64,000 nt of DNA from Candidatus Omnitrophota bacterium (GTDB lineage Bacteria; Omnitrophota; Gorgyraeia; Zapsychrales; Zapsychraceae): assembly GCA_021108075.1 (NCBI GenBank), contig JAIORP010000135.1, positions 87,938 through 151,937 of the forward strand, in the 5' to 3' direction. The notes below the pieces were generated by a model, which did no database searches, was not told the origin of the DNA, and was given only the letters and a program-made list of their open reading frames with translations. A program made the position numbers and the translations under genes. This document shows, in pieces, positions 39,136 through 48,924 of the stretch; position 1 is the first letter of the stretch; each line of letters opens with the position of its first letter.

Positions 39136-40247
39136 GGATTGATGCACGCGAAATTCAATCAGGAGTCTGCACGGGAATAGGCAGGCCTCTGCTGAATTTT
39201 TTAAAATTTTTTCCGACACTGATGCCGCGCGACCAATGTCTATTATTCTCAAACCAACCCATTCCTTTAAAATTTCCTGAACCTATCCGTAATATTGTTA
39301 TCCCCGAAAACAATACATGGCTGTGGGATCAATGGATACTGCCGCAGGCCATACACACAAAAAAAGTCACAATTTTTTATTCACCGTATTACAAAATCCC
39401 TGTCATAGCAAAGTGCCCGACCATTGCCGCGATCTTAGATCTCATGTATCTTGTTTATCCTGCCTATAAAAAAGAAATGTCCGTCCTTAAAAAACATTAT
39501 TATTACTCATTCGGCAAACACATGGCCCACAAAGCAACCAGAATATTAACGTGTTCCCATCATTCTAAAAAGGATATCGTTCAGCTTTACCATATCGACC
39601 CCAAAAAAATCGTCACCATCCCTTTAAGCATCAGCTCAATTTATCGACCGGAAAAAGATCACAATAAGATCCGGGCCTTCAGAAAAAAAAATGGTCTGGA
39701 ACGTCCATACCTTTTATATCTCGGGAATTTTAAAATCCATAAAAATGTCCGGACATTGATTCAGGCCTTCAACGACATCCATGACCGACATCCAGACCTG
39801 ACCCTTGTCCTCGCAGGACCAAAGACGCATGAATATTCAGACTTGAAAAAGAAAATATCTGAGTTAAAATTGAATGATCATGTGCGCTTTATCGGTAAAA
39901 TAATGGAAGACGATCAACCGCATCTTCTATATTCAGCCGCGGACATCTTCATAATGCCTTCGCTGTACGAGGGTTTTGGATTGCCCCCCGCTGAAGCAAT
40001 CGCCTGTGGAACGCCTGTTATTGCCGCAAAGACGGCATCGCTACCGGAAGTCGTAGGGGAGGCGGGGTTCCTCGTGAACGCTCAAGACTCAAACGAATTA
40101 GCCCGGGCCATGATAGCGGTACTCAAAGATCAAAACCTGAAGGATCGTATGGTCCAAAAGGGTTTCAAACATATTCAATCATTTGAAGAAGAACGCGTTG
40201 CTCAACAAATGGCAAACCTTTTTATATCCGTAAAAAATGCCGCCTAA
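39126..40247 (+). CDS. Glycosyltransferase family 4 (GT-B)
   Basis: [30 protein letters not shown] (E-x7-E). Confidence 0.8.
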   Translation: MRLGIDAREIQSGVCTGIGRPLLNFLKFFPTLMPRDQCLLFSNQPIPLKFPEPIRNIVIPENNTWLWDQWILPQAIHTKKVTIFYSPYYKIPVIAKCPTIAAILDLMYLVYPAYKKEMSVLKKHYYYSFGKHMAHKATRILTCSHHSKKDIVQLYHIDPKKIVTIPLSISSIYRPEKDHNKIRAFRKKNGLERPYLLYLGNFKIHKNVRTLIQAFNDIHDRHPDLTLVLAGPKTHEYSDLKKKISELKLNDHVRFIGKIMEDDQPHLLYSAADIFIMPSLYEGFGLPPAEAIACGTPVIAAKTASLPEVVGEAGFLVNAQDSNELARAMIAVLKDQNLKDRMVQKGFKHIQSFEEERVAQQMANLFISVKNAA

Positions 40248-41277
40248 ACAAATTGACTTAAAAAAAATCAAAAAAATATTATTTGTCGTGATGGGTGGCC
40301 TTGGAAACTTGATTCTAACCATTCCGGCGTTAAAAACATTGCGTATCAACATCCCCCGGGCAAAAATTACATTGCTGTTAGGCGAACCTTATATAGAAAA
40401 TATTATCAAAGATGAAAACCTTTATGACGATATTTTGTTATTAGACCGCCGGGGGAAAACGAAAATGACCCATGTCCTGGACATGGTTAAACAGGCCCGG
40501 AACCATCAATTTGATCTTGCCATCGTCGCCAGTCACACGAACGCGTTCAAATCAAGCTTCCTGTTGTTCTGCATGCGTATTCCTCTTCGGCTCGGACAAG
40601 ATATTAACGGACAAAGTTTTTTTTATACCCATAAAATCCCTTTAGAACAAGACACACATGAAACAGATGGCACATGCCAGGTTGTCGGACAATTAGGTCT
40701 TCAACGGGTCATGGACTCGCCTCAGTTAACCCCGACACCCCGGAGCGCTGAATTGGCCCAACAGTTCTTACACGACCGCGGGATAAATTCTAAAGAGAAT
40801 CTGATCGGAATTCATCCGGGATCCGGCTTCAAACAAAAATATAAACGCTGGTCACACCATAAATTCGCTTCTCTCTGCGATCAATTGATCGATCAATACC
40901 AGGCCCAAATTGTTATCACGGGCGGTCCATCAGAAGTGAGCCTTGCCAACGATATTTCTAAAATCATGAAAGGATATCCGGTCAATGCCGCCGGAAAATT
41001 GTCGCTCAACCATACAGCCGCGCTGATCCAACATTGCAACTTATTTATCAGTAATGATAGCGGGCTGGCCCATATCGCCGCAGCCGTCCAGACACCATTG
41101 ATTGTTTTATTCGGTTCGACCAATGAAAAAAGAATCGCGCCGCGGGGAAAAAATATCCATATCCTGCGAAGAAAGAAGACGTCCAGAAAAACACCGCCCA
41201 GCATGCTCATTAACGCGATAACAGAAACCGATGTTTTAAATCAAGTGAAATCCATAATAAAAACAAAACAATCATGA
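40237..41277 (+). CDS. Glycosyltransferase family 9 (heptosyltransferase-type)
   Basis: ILFVVMGGLGNLILTIPALKTL N-terminal motif. GNDSGLAHIAAAVQTPLIVLFGSTN C-terminal motif. Both typical of GT9. Confidence 0.8.
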   Translation: MPPKQIDLKKIKKILFVVMGGLGNLILTIPALKTLRINIPRAKITLLLGEPYIENIIKDENLYDDILLLDRRGKTKMTHVLDMVKQARNHQFDLAIVASHTNAFKSSFLLFCMRIPLRLGQDINGQSFFYTHKIPLEQDTHETDGTCQVVGQLGLQRVMDSPQLTPTPRSAELAQQFLHDRGINSKENLIGIHPGSGFKQKYKRWSHHKFASLCDQLIDQYQAQIVITGGPSEVSLANDISKIMKGYPVNAAGKLSLNHTAALIQHCNLFISNDSGLAHIAAAVQTPLIVLFGSTNEKRIAPRGKNIHILRRKKTSRKTPPSMLINAITETDVLNQVKSIIKTKQS

Positions 41278-42443
41278 AAATCAAAGTCTTACACATCATC
41301 ACACGGCTTGATCTCGGAGGATCCGCGACAAACACCCTGGAAACAGTCAAACGTTTAGACAAACAAAAATATGACACACATCTGATCAGCGGGAACACGT
41401 CTGATCCGAACCACGACATCGCGCGGTATATTAAGGACAATGACATCGACTGCACCTTCATGCCCGCATTACAAAGACCGGTTCATCCCCTTAAAGACCT
41501 GTTAGCCCTATACAAAATTTACCGCTACCTGAAAAAAAATTCTTACGATATCGTGCACACCCATTCCTCAAAGGGAGGGATCATCGGCCGTTGGGCCGCA
41601 AAACTGGCCGGGGTGCCTGTGATCATTCACACCCCGCATGGACATATTTATTACGGTTACTTTAACGCGTTCCTAACAAGAATTTTTATCTTTATCGAAC
41701 AGTTAACAGCCGGACTGACCGACAAAATCATCACACTTACAAACCTCGGAACAAAAGAGCACCTCGACTTTAAGATTGCCCCGGCTGATAAATTCGTCAC
41801 CATTTACAGCGGCATCCATATTCCGGATTATCAAGCATCCAAGCAAGGAAAACAAAAAGTCCGGGAAAAATTTCAACTCAAACCCGGTCATATGATCATT
41901 GGATCGGTCGCACGTCTTGATCCGATCAAAGGCAATGACATTCTTCTTGAAGCGTTCTTTCGTTTGCAACAAGAGTTTCCCGACTGCTATCTGCTTTTAG
42001 TGGGTTCAGGGTCCCAGCAACCAATGTTAGAAGAACGCTGCAAAGAATGGCGCATTCAGGACCGGGTTATTTTTTGCGGTTATCAAAAAAACGTCGCGGA
42101 CTTGATCAATGCCATGGACATTTTTGTCCTGGCGTCCAGGAACGAAGGCATGGGACGCGTGTTATTAGAAGCAATGGCCTGCCAGAAACCCATCGTCGCC
42201 AGCCGGACAGGGGGGATACCCGAACTCATTGATGACAACAAAAACGGCATCCTCGTAACGCCCCAACAACCTGAAGAACTCTATTCAGCCCTGAGTCAAC
42301 TCCTTCGACAACCGGACCTCAGACGTCAATTGGGCCGAACCGGGTTTCAGCGCGTCAATGAAAAATTCAGTATTGAAAAAATGGTTTCTGATATTGACGG
42401 CTTATATAAAAAACTGTTAAATAGTACTAATGACATTAAATAG
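41274..42443 (+). CDS. Glycosyltransferase family 4 (GT-B)
   Basis: LGGSATN N-terminal motif. EGMGRVLLEAMACQKPIVASRTGGIPELI. Confidence 0.8.
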   Translation: MKIKVLHIITRLDLGGSATNTLETVKRLDKQKYDTHLISGNTSDPNHDIARYIKDNDIDCTFMPALQRPVHPLKDLLALYKIYRYLKKNSYDIVHTHSSKGGIIGRWAAKLAGVPVIIHTPHGHIYYGYFNAFLTRIFIFIEQLTAGLTDKIITLTNLGTKEHLDFKIAPADKFVTIYSGIHIPDYQASKQGKQKVREKFQLKPGHMIIGSVARLDPIKGNDILLEAFFRLQQEFPDCYLLLVGSGSQQPMLEERCKEWRIQDRVIFCGYQKNVADLINAMDIFVLASRNEGMGRVLLEAMACQKPIVASRTGGIPELIDDNKNGILVTPQQPEELYSALSQLLRQPDLRRQLGRTGFQRVNEKFSIEKMVSDIDGLYKKLLNSTNDIK

Positions 42444-42445
42444 AT

Positions 42446-43138
42446 ATGATTGTTAGCATTCACCAACCCCAATATCTGCCCTGGTTAGGCTATTTTGATA
42501 AAATCGCCCAATCGGATCTTTTTATCCTGTTGGATGATGTCCAATTTAAAAAGAATGAATGGCAGAACCGCAATCGCATACGGACAAACGGTGATTGGCA
42601 ATGGTTAACCGTTCCGGTTATCCACCATTTCGGACAAAACATAAAGCAGACCGCAATCAATAATAAAGTCAACTGGCGCGATAAGCAATTGAAATCCCTG
42701 CAACTCAATTACGGTAAAACACCATACTTTGAGACCTATTTTCCACGCTTTCGCTCCATTATCCAACAAGATCGGCCATTTTTATCGGATTTGAATATTG
42801 CCGTCATTCAAGCATGCCTATCCATCCTGAAAATAGAAACACAAATTCTGATATCCTCGGCATTCAAATTGCAGACCGATAAAACGCAACGCCTGATTGA
42901 CTTGTGCCAACACGTTAAAGCCGACACCTATCTTTCCGGAACGGATGGGCCGAATTATATGGATATGGATTTGTTCGCTCAACATCAGATCAACGTGATG
43001 GTCCAAAAATACACACATCCCCGATACCCGCAAGGGGGAAACATAAAAGATTCAAATTTTATATCGCATTTATCTATAATTGATCTATTATTTAACTGTG
43101 GAGCGAACAGCCTGAATATTCTTCGAAATCAATCCTAA
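42446..43138 (+). CDS. WbqC-like family protein (function unknown, typical of O-antigen loci)
   Basis: N-terminal MIVSIHQPQYLPWLGYFDKI matches the WbqC-family start. Confidence 0.75.
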   Translation: MIVSIHQPQYLPWLGYFDKIAQSDLFILLDDVQFKKNEWQNRNRIRTNGDWQWLTVPVIHHFGQNIKQTAINNKVNWRDKQLKSLQLNYGKTPYFETYFPRFRSIIQQDRPFLSDLNIAVIQACLSILKIETQILISSAFKLQTDKTQRLIDLCQHVKADTYLSGTDGPNYMDMDLFAQHQINVMVQKYTHPRYPQGGNIKDSNFISHLSIIDLLFNCGANSLNILRNQS

Positions 43139-43153
43139 AGACAGGGGTCAAAC

Positions 43154-44206
43154 ATGAAATTGATTGTTACTGGTGGAGCGGGATTAGTGGGATCTCATTG
43201 CGCGGAATACTTTGCCAATAAAGAACATCACGTCACTGTCATCGACAACCTCATGCGCTCACAAATTTTCGGAGCGGGAAATAAAACCGTCGAATACAAT
43301 TGGCAATATCTTAAAAAATATAAAAACATTTCATTGATCAAACAAGATGTGCGTGACTTGCCGGCTATGCTGCGGATCTTTAAACGCATTAAACCCCATG
43401 TTGTCATTCATACCGCAGGGCAACCCGGGGTCAAATTTTCATTGAACAATCCGATTGAAGACTATTCTATTAACGCGACCGGAACCCTGAACACGCTGGA
43501 AGCCCTCAAACAATCCAATAAAAAAGGCACATTCATTTATTGCTCGACAAATAAAGTTTTCGGTGACAATGTGAATAAAGTCACCCTGAAGGAAAAGAAA
43601 AAAAGATATGAATTCCGCAACATCTCCGGCATAAAAGAAAATTTCTCCATTGATTTAACCGGACACACCCCATACGGCGTCTCCAAGTTAACCGGGGATT
43701 TGTACACACAAGATTACGCGAAGACACATGGGCTCAAATGCGGCGTCTTTCGCATGAGCTGCATCTACGGCACCCGTCAGTTTGGTTTTGAAGACCAGGG
43801 ATGGCTCGCCTGGTTTGCCAACCGGTATTTTCTCAAAAAACCGGTCACAATCTTCGGCGATGGGAAACAAACCCGCGATGTCTTATGGGTGGAGGACCTG
43901 GTGAGGGCCTTTGAAGCTTTTATCCAATCCGATTACCAGGGGGAAGTCTTTAATATGGGAGGGGGGCCAAAAAACACATTGTCATTGCTCGAACTAACCG
44001 ACATTCTCGAAACGGTTTCTGACCGCGATATCAAAATCAAGTTCGGCGCATGGCGTAAATTTGATCAAAAGGTTTATATTTCTGACATTACAAAAGCGAA
44101 AAGAATGCTCAAATGGAAACCAACTGTGCGCCCCCAACAAGGCATCGAGCGGTTGTACCGTTGGATCGAAGAGAATGAAAAAATATTTCATTCATTTCTA
44201 AAATAA
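43154..44206 (+). CDS. NAD-dependent sugar epimerase/dehydratase (extended SDR)
   Basis: VTGGAGLVGSH Rossmann motif and YGVSK catalytic YxxxK. Confidence 0.8.
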   Translation: MKLIVTGGAGLVGSHCAEYFANKEHHVTVIDNLMRSQIFGAGNKTVEYNWQYLKKYKNISLIKQDVRDLPAMLRIFKRIKPHVVIHTAGQPGVKFSLNNPIEDYSINATGTLNTLEALKQSNKKGTFIYCSTNKVFGDNVNKVTLKEKKKRYEFRNISGIKENFSIDLTGHTPYGVSKLTGDLYTQDYAKTHGLKCGVFRMSCIYGTRQFGFEDQGWLAWFANRYFLKKPVTIFGDGKQTRDVLWVEDLVRAFEAFIQSDYQGEVFNMGGGPKNTLSLLELTDILETVSDRDIKIKFGAWRKFDQKVYISDITKAKRMLKWKPTVRPQQGIERLYRWIEENEKIFHSFLK

Positions 44207-44223
44207 TAGAAGGAAGGTGTCTC

Positions 44224-44841
44224 ATGAATATTCTGGCCTTTGGTGCTCATCCGGATGATATTGAACTGGGTTGTGCGGGCACGCTATTGAAGTATGCCAA
44301 ACAGGGCAGCAATGTCTATCTGTGTGTTTTAAGTTCGGGATCTGAAGCGGGCGATGCGGTAACACGCGAGCATGAACAGGAAGAAGCGGCAAAAAAACTC
44401 GGGGTCAAAGAATTAATCTGGGGCCATTGTGAGGACACCAAAATATCGGTGAATAAAAACAATATTTCTTTTATCGAATCTGTCCTCCAGAAAATCAAAC
44501 CCGATGAAGTTTATGTGAATTATTACGATGACACTCATCAGGATCACCGGGCCTTAGCCCAGTGTGTTATTTCCGCGACCCGCTATACGCAAAGAGTGAT
44601 TTATTATGAAGATTACACGTCCAATAATTTCATTCCGGACATCTTTGTGGATATTGGTGAAATCATCGAGGAAAAAATTCGTATTATTGAATCTTTCAAG
44701 TCCCAGATCTCACGGTCATTTCCCTCTGAATTAAACATGATCGAAAGTATCCGGGCCGTTGCCCATTTTCGCGGTTTTCAAGGTCGCACTAAATATGCCG
44801 AGGGGTTCAAGGCCCTCCGTTATTTGAAACATCTGGAATGA
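44224..44841 (+). CDS. PIG-L/LmbE-family N-acetylglucosaminyl deacetylase
   Basis: ILAFGAHPDDIELGCAGTL N-terminal motif. HQDH motif. Confidence 0.8.
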   Translation: MNILAFGAHPDDIELGCAGTLLKYAKQGSNVYLCVLSSGSEAGDAVTREHEQEEAAKKLGVKELIWGHCEDTKISVNKNNISFIESVLQKIKPDEVYVNYYDDTHQDHRALAQCVISATRYTQRVIYYEDYTSNNFIPDIFVDIGEIIEEKIRIIESFKSQISRSFPSELNMIESIRAVAHFRGFQGRTKYAEGFKALRYLKHLE

Positions 44842-46862
44842 ATGTAAGCATGACAATTTCTGAACAGAAAAAACCCCAGGGATATCAACGACAACACACA
44901 TTGGAACGTGTTCTCATCACTCTTTTGTTCTTAACCTTCCTGCTGATTTCTTTTCTGCATGCTCCCGGCATTCACAGCGTATTGACCGAACGCTATAAGT
45001 TGGTCCGTCTCGAAGGCTTTGGCCTCATGGATGTTCTTTTTCTGCTCTTCAATTATACCGGCATCAGTCTGTTCGGTTTTTGCTTGATCAAACCTTTCTA
45101 CGTGAAGCAGGAACGCGAATCATTTTTTATCAAGCTGACAGGGTCATTCTTCATCGGCTACCTTTGCGCCATTGCGCTTATTCGATTGCTATCCTTTATC
45201 GTTCCCTATCCCCACATTTATTTCCCTGTTTGTGTTGCCATGGGGCTCATCTGTCTTTCCCTGCACGGCAACCGGTCAAAAACCCGTCTGAACAGGGAAC
45301 ACGGGGCCCCTAATCATTCTTCTTTACATCGCACCCTTGAGATTCTGCTTTGTCTGTCTGCTTTCATCCTTGTTCTTTTGATCCAGGTCCGCAATGACAT
45401 GGGTGATTTTGCCTGGGTGGGCCATGGCCCGGATCAATACGCGTATCTGTTGCGGGAATGGGGCACTGGCAGTGAAAAACATTTTCCGATCATCCGCCTG
45501 CATTGCGATGAGTTAATTTTTCATTATTTTCTTAACCCGCACCATCACCCGCGCTTTAATCCGATCATCCCGTGGTGGATAACATTAGGGGTTATCAAAA
45601 TATCTTCACTGGCATTTTTTTACTTATTATTCAAACGTCTCAAACTATCGACCTTATTCGCCTGGACATGTTCGCTCTTTGTCCATGCCGGGACGACCGC
45701 CCTTAATCCTTCAAAGTATTACTTGTTATTTGACTCGTCCAATCCTTTATTTTTTACAGCCCATTCCGGACGGATCGTCGGTATTCCTTTATTTATGCTC
45801 CTGTTAATCTTGATTGTTGAAAACATCAAAGGGGCAAAAGAAGGAGAGGCGCACATCCCGTTAATATTCTTTGGACTCACCGGCATCGGGATCAGCGCGA
45901 CATCGTTCTCCAATGCGGCCTGGATACTCGGATTAATCAGCTTCGCGCTCATGTATATCAACTTTTTCCCATCTCAGCTTTGTCACCCCAGGCAAACGCG
46001 GACATTTGATCGTCAAAATAATATCTTCATTTTTTTAACGGTATTGACCTGTCTCACCCTATACTCTCTACCTTATAGCGAAAACCGCTTTTTGAACGAC
46101 CGCACCATCCTGGTGCTGTTTCTGGCCATGCTTTACATATACCGGCTGACAAACCTGTTCTATTTTCCGAATGAATGGCATCAATACTGGATGATCCTTA
46201 AAGATAATAAAATGAACCTGCAACTGCTGACCGCATTGTTCGGGATCATAATCAGTTTCCTCTTATTTTTTAACATAACCGTCGATAATCCTGTTTCGAA
46301 AAAGGTCTACGCGCGACTTTATGCCCGGCAACAACTCTCGCTGAAATCTTTACCCGGGTATAAAGATCAACCGGAGCAATCCATTGACAAAGCGTTCTAC
46401 CTCGGAGACTACCGGAGCCCCAGCCGCAACAATCTCTATGCTTATAACCAGGGGCCCTGGGACTTTATCGCGTACTACGGCGGAATCCTTTCCATGATGC
46501 TTTTCACGAATTTCGCCTTCAAACTTGGCCCTGCCACAAAAGAAAAATCGCAATTTTTCTTCCGGGAAATATTTCTTATGGCCACGATCGGAATCCCTTT
46601 GTGTTTCTTTCTCATGGATTTCGTAAGTTTTGGTCCGCGCGCCTGGATTAAAAGCCGTTTTTTAGAAATACCGGTTTATATTGTACTTTTCTGCTTTTTA
46701 TATAAAATATATACAAGTGTTCCAAAAAAATGGCAGTGGGGGTTTTCTGCTCTATTCATTTTTTATTGTGTAATGCCCTTTTGGATGACCCAAAGGGTGC
46801 ATCGGGTTATTCGTAATTATCGAATAATAAAAAAATTAAATCAAATAAGCAGAGCAAAATAA
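44838..46862 (+). CDS. Large polytopic membrane protein of unknown function (possible GT-C-like glycosyltransferase or polymerase)
   Basis: 674 aa, at least 12 predicted TM helices. No catalytic motif recognised. Confidence 0.4.
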   Translation: MNVSMTISEQKKPQGYQRQHTLERVLITLLFLTFLLISFLHAPGIHSVLTERYKLVRLEGFGLMDVLFLLFNYTGISLFGFCLIKPFYVKQERESFFIKLTGSFFIGYLCAIALIRLLSFIVPYPHIYFPVCVAMGLICLSLHGNRSKTRLNREHGAPNHSSLHRTLEILLCLSAFILVLLIQVRNDMGDFAWVGHGPDQYAYLLREWGTGSEKHFPIIRLHCDELIFHYFLNPHHHPRFNPIIPWWITLGVIKISSLAFFYLLFKRLKLSTLFAWTCSLFVHAGTTALNPSKYYLLFDSSNPLFFTAHSGRIVGIPLFMLLLILIVENIKGAKEGEAHIPLIFFGLTGIGISATSFSNAAWILGLISFALMYINFFPSQLCHPRQTRTFDRQNNIFIFLTVLTCLTLYSLPYSENRFLNDRTILVLFLAMLYIYRLTNLFYFPNEWHQYWMILKDNKMNLQLLTALFGIIISFLLFFNITVDNPVSKKVYARLYARQQLSLKSLPGYKDQPEQSIDKAFYLGDYRSPSRNNLYAYNQGPWDFIAYYGGILSMMLFTNFAFKLGPATKEKSQFFFREIFLMATIGIPLCFFLMDFVSFGPRAWIKSRFLEIPVYIVLFCFLYKIYTSVPKKWQWGFSALFIFYCVMPFWMTQRVHRVIRNYRIIKKLNQISRAK

Positions 46863-47004
46863 TCGATAGGAACAGGTCAAACGCCCTGGATCAAAACCCG
46901 GAAAGGGCGCGGTTATGGCTGCCTGCTTAAAAATTATTAGAAGATTTCTTCCCGCGAAAAAATCCACAATGGAAGAAATAACAATTATTTAGGAAGTTGA
47001 TATT

Positions 47005-48816
47005 ATGAATACTTACAAAGTATGTATCCTGGCGGCCGGAACAGGACGCCGATTAGGACGACTATCGGATAAAATGAATAAAGCCCTGTTACCGATCAAA
47101 TCAAAGGCGATCATCTCACACATCATTGAAAAATTTGACAAAAAGATCGAAATTATCATTGCGGTGGGGCACCAAAAAGAGACCCTGATCCAATACGTCC
47201 GTTGCGCCCATCCTGACCGTAGAATTAAATTCACTCCGGTCAAGCGTTTTAAAGGTGACGGCACCGGGCCGGGTTTTTCTCTCTTGCAATGCCGCCAGCA
47301 ATTAAAGTGCCCCTTTATTTTATTCACGGCTGACACGCTCGTAACAGAAGATATCCCGCCGCCGACCAATAACTGGTACGGTGTCGCGCCCATCAAGAAG
47401 CCTGAGTTGTATTGCACAGCCCGGGTCATTAACCATGTCGTCTGCCATATCGATGACAGGACAAAAACAAGGAACAAATTCGCGTTTATCGGAGTGGCCG
47501 GCGTTCTGGATCATGATTTCTTTTTTGAGAAGTTACAGGAAGATAAGACCCTGATCATGAATGAGATCCCACTATCCAATGGTTTTAAAGCCCTGCTTAC
47601 GAAAAGATTAAAAGCAAAATATTTCACCTGGTATGACACGGGCACGCTTGAAGAATACGCGCAAGCCATTCAAGCCTTAGCTCCTGAGGATCAATACATC
47701 AATGTCACAAACATGGATCAGTTCACGTACAAGGTGGAAGACCGGCATATTTTCCTGCTGACGGACCGCAAGGATTCGCAAAGCATCCTGCACCGCCAGA
47801 GGCTTTTAACAAATTTAATCCCTGAGATGCAGAGTGTGTCAGATAATGTCTTTACCATCCAAAAACAAACGGCTGAACCATTCTATGAAAACCTCAGACC
47901 GCAATTGTTTCTTAAACTTTACCAGTGGTTACAGACGCAGCTTTGGGACCGGTATGAGCTGTCGGATGAATTCCAAAAAACGTTCCAGCAAAAATGTAAA
48001 AATTTGTACCAGCACAGGACAAACAAAATTATCCAGGACTTTCAAAACGAACAGAAACAGAAAGACGGCTTTCACTATATCAACGACGCGCGTGTTCCTC
48101 CCCTCGCGGCCCTTTTAAATAGAGTGAATTGGAAAAAAATATTGAACGGAACGCCCGCCCGCGTGCATGGAAAACTATCCTTAATGAACGTCGACGTGAA
48201 GACCGTTAATCAAAGAAAACACTTTTCACTCAACAACAGTTTTACTGATTTTGACGGTTTAATCGAGTATGGTGATCTGTATTGGGACCTTGCCGCGCTT
48301 TATACGAGCATTCGTTTAAACTTCCTATTATTGCGCAAAGGGGCTTTCAGCCTATACCGGCAGCAAAGAAAGATTGAATTGGACTACCAGATCAATCAAA
48401 AACTGTTAGATATTCAAAAAATTTTCCTGAATTGCGTGGCTGAAGATGGTTACGATGTCCAAAAAATATCCATTTTATCATCGATTTACTGTTTTCATCT
48501 GATACCGGAATATGTCAGCCCCTTGAACGAATTCTTATTTTACTTTGCCAAAAAGGCCTTGTTTGAAAGCCTCGGGAAGAAGCAAAATGAAGAAAATCCC
48601 GAGAAGAGGCCGAATGCAGAAAGTCCCGAAAAAAAACAGAATGAAGAAAGTCCCGAGAAGAGACAGAATGCAAAAAGGCCCGGGAAGAGACAGAATACAA
48701 GAAGGCCCGGAAAAAGGCCGAATACAAGAAGGCCCGGGAAGAGGCCGAATGAAGAAAATCCCGGGAAGAGACAGAATGAAGAAAATCCCGGGAAGAGGCC
48801 GAATGAAGAAACGTAA
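47005..48816 (+). CDS. Fusion protein: sugar-phosphate nucleotidyltransferase domain + kinase-like (APH/ChoK-fold-like) region + C-terminal 9-aa tandem-repeat tail
   Basis: N-terminal CILAAGTGRRLGRLSDKMNKALLPI (NTP_transferase G-x-G-x-R-L signature). Central TDFDGLIEYGDLYWDLAAL resembles the DxE/Brenner region of choline/aminoglycoside kinases. Tail of KRQNEENPG-type repeats. Confidence 0.6.
   Translation: MNTYKVCILAAGTGRRLGRLSDKMNKALLPIKSKAIISHIIEKFDKKIEIIIAVGHQKETLIQYVRCAHPDRRIKFTPVKRFKGDGTGPGFSLLQCRQQLKCPFILFTADTLVTEDIPPPTNNWYGVAPIKKPELYCTARVINHVVCHIDDRTKTRNKFAFIGVAGVLDHDFFFEKLQEDKTLIMNEIPLSNGFKALLTKRLKAKYFTWYDTGTLEEYAQAIQALAPEDQYINVTNMDQFTYKVEDRHIFLLTDRKDSQSILHRQRLLTNLIPEMQSVSDNVFTIQKQTAEPFYENLRPQLFLKLYQWLQTQLWDRYELSDEFQKTFQQKCKNLYQHRTNKIIQDFQNEQKQKDGFHYINDARVPPLAALLNRVNWKKILNGTPARVHGKLSLMNVDVKTVNQRKHFSLNNSFTDFDGLIEYGDLYWDLAALYTSIRLNFLLLRKGAFSLYRQQRKIELDYQINQKLLDIQKIFLNCVAEDGYDVQKISILSSIYCFHLIPEYVSPLNEFLFYFAKKALFESLGKKQNEENPEKRPNAESPEKKQNEESPEKRQNAKRPGKRQNTRRPGKRPNTRRPGKRPNEENPGKRQNEENPGKRPNEET
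48577..48813 (+). repeat. Imperfect 27-bp tandem repeat (about 8.8 copies) encoding 9-aa K/R/Q/N/E/P-rich units at the 3' end of the 47005 gene
   Basis: Units KKQNEENPE, KRPNAESPE, KKQNEESPE, KRQNAKRPG, KRQNTRRPG, KRPNTRRPG, KRPNEENPG, KRQNEENPG. Causes the artefactual overlapping ORFs at 48545-48934 (+) and 48515-48823 (-). Confidence 0.85.
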
Positions 48817-48924
48817 TGGCCAAGATCGGATTATTTATTCCGGCTACACGGTGGAGAAGTCCATCCGCGCTATGCCCCGGGATTTCCGGGCAGATGATGA
48901 CCTCATTGAGAAGGGAGTAGCCGC

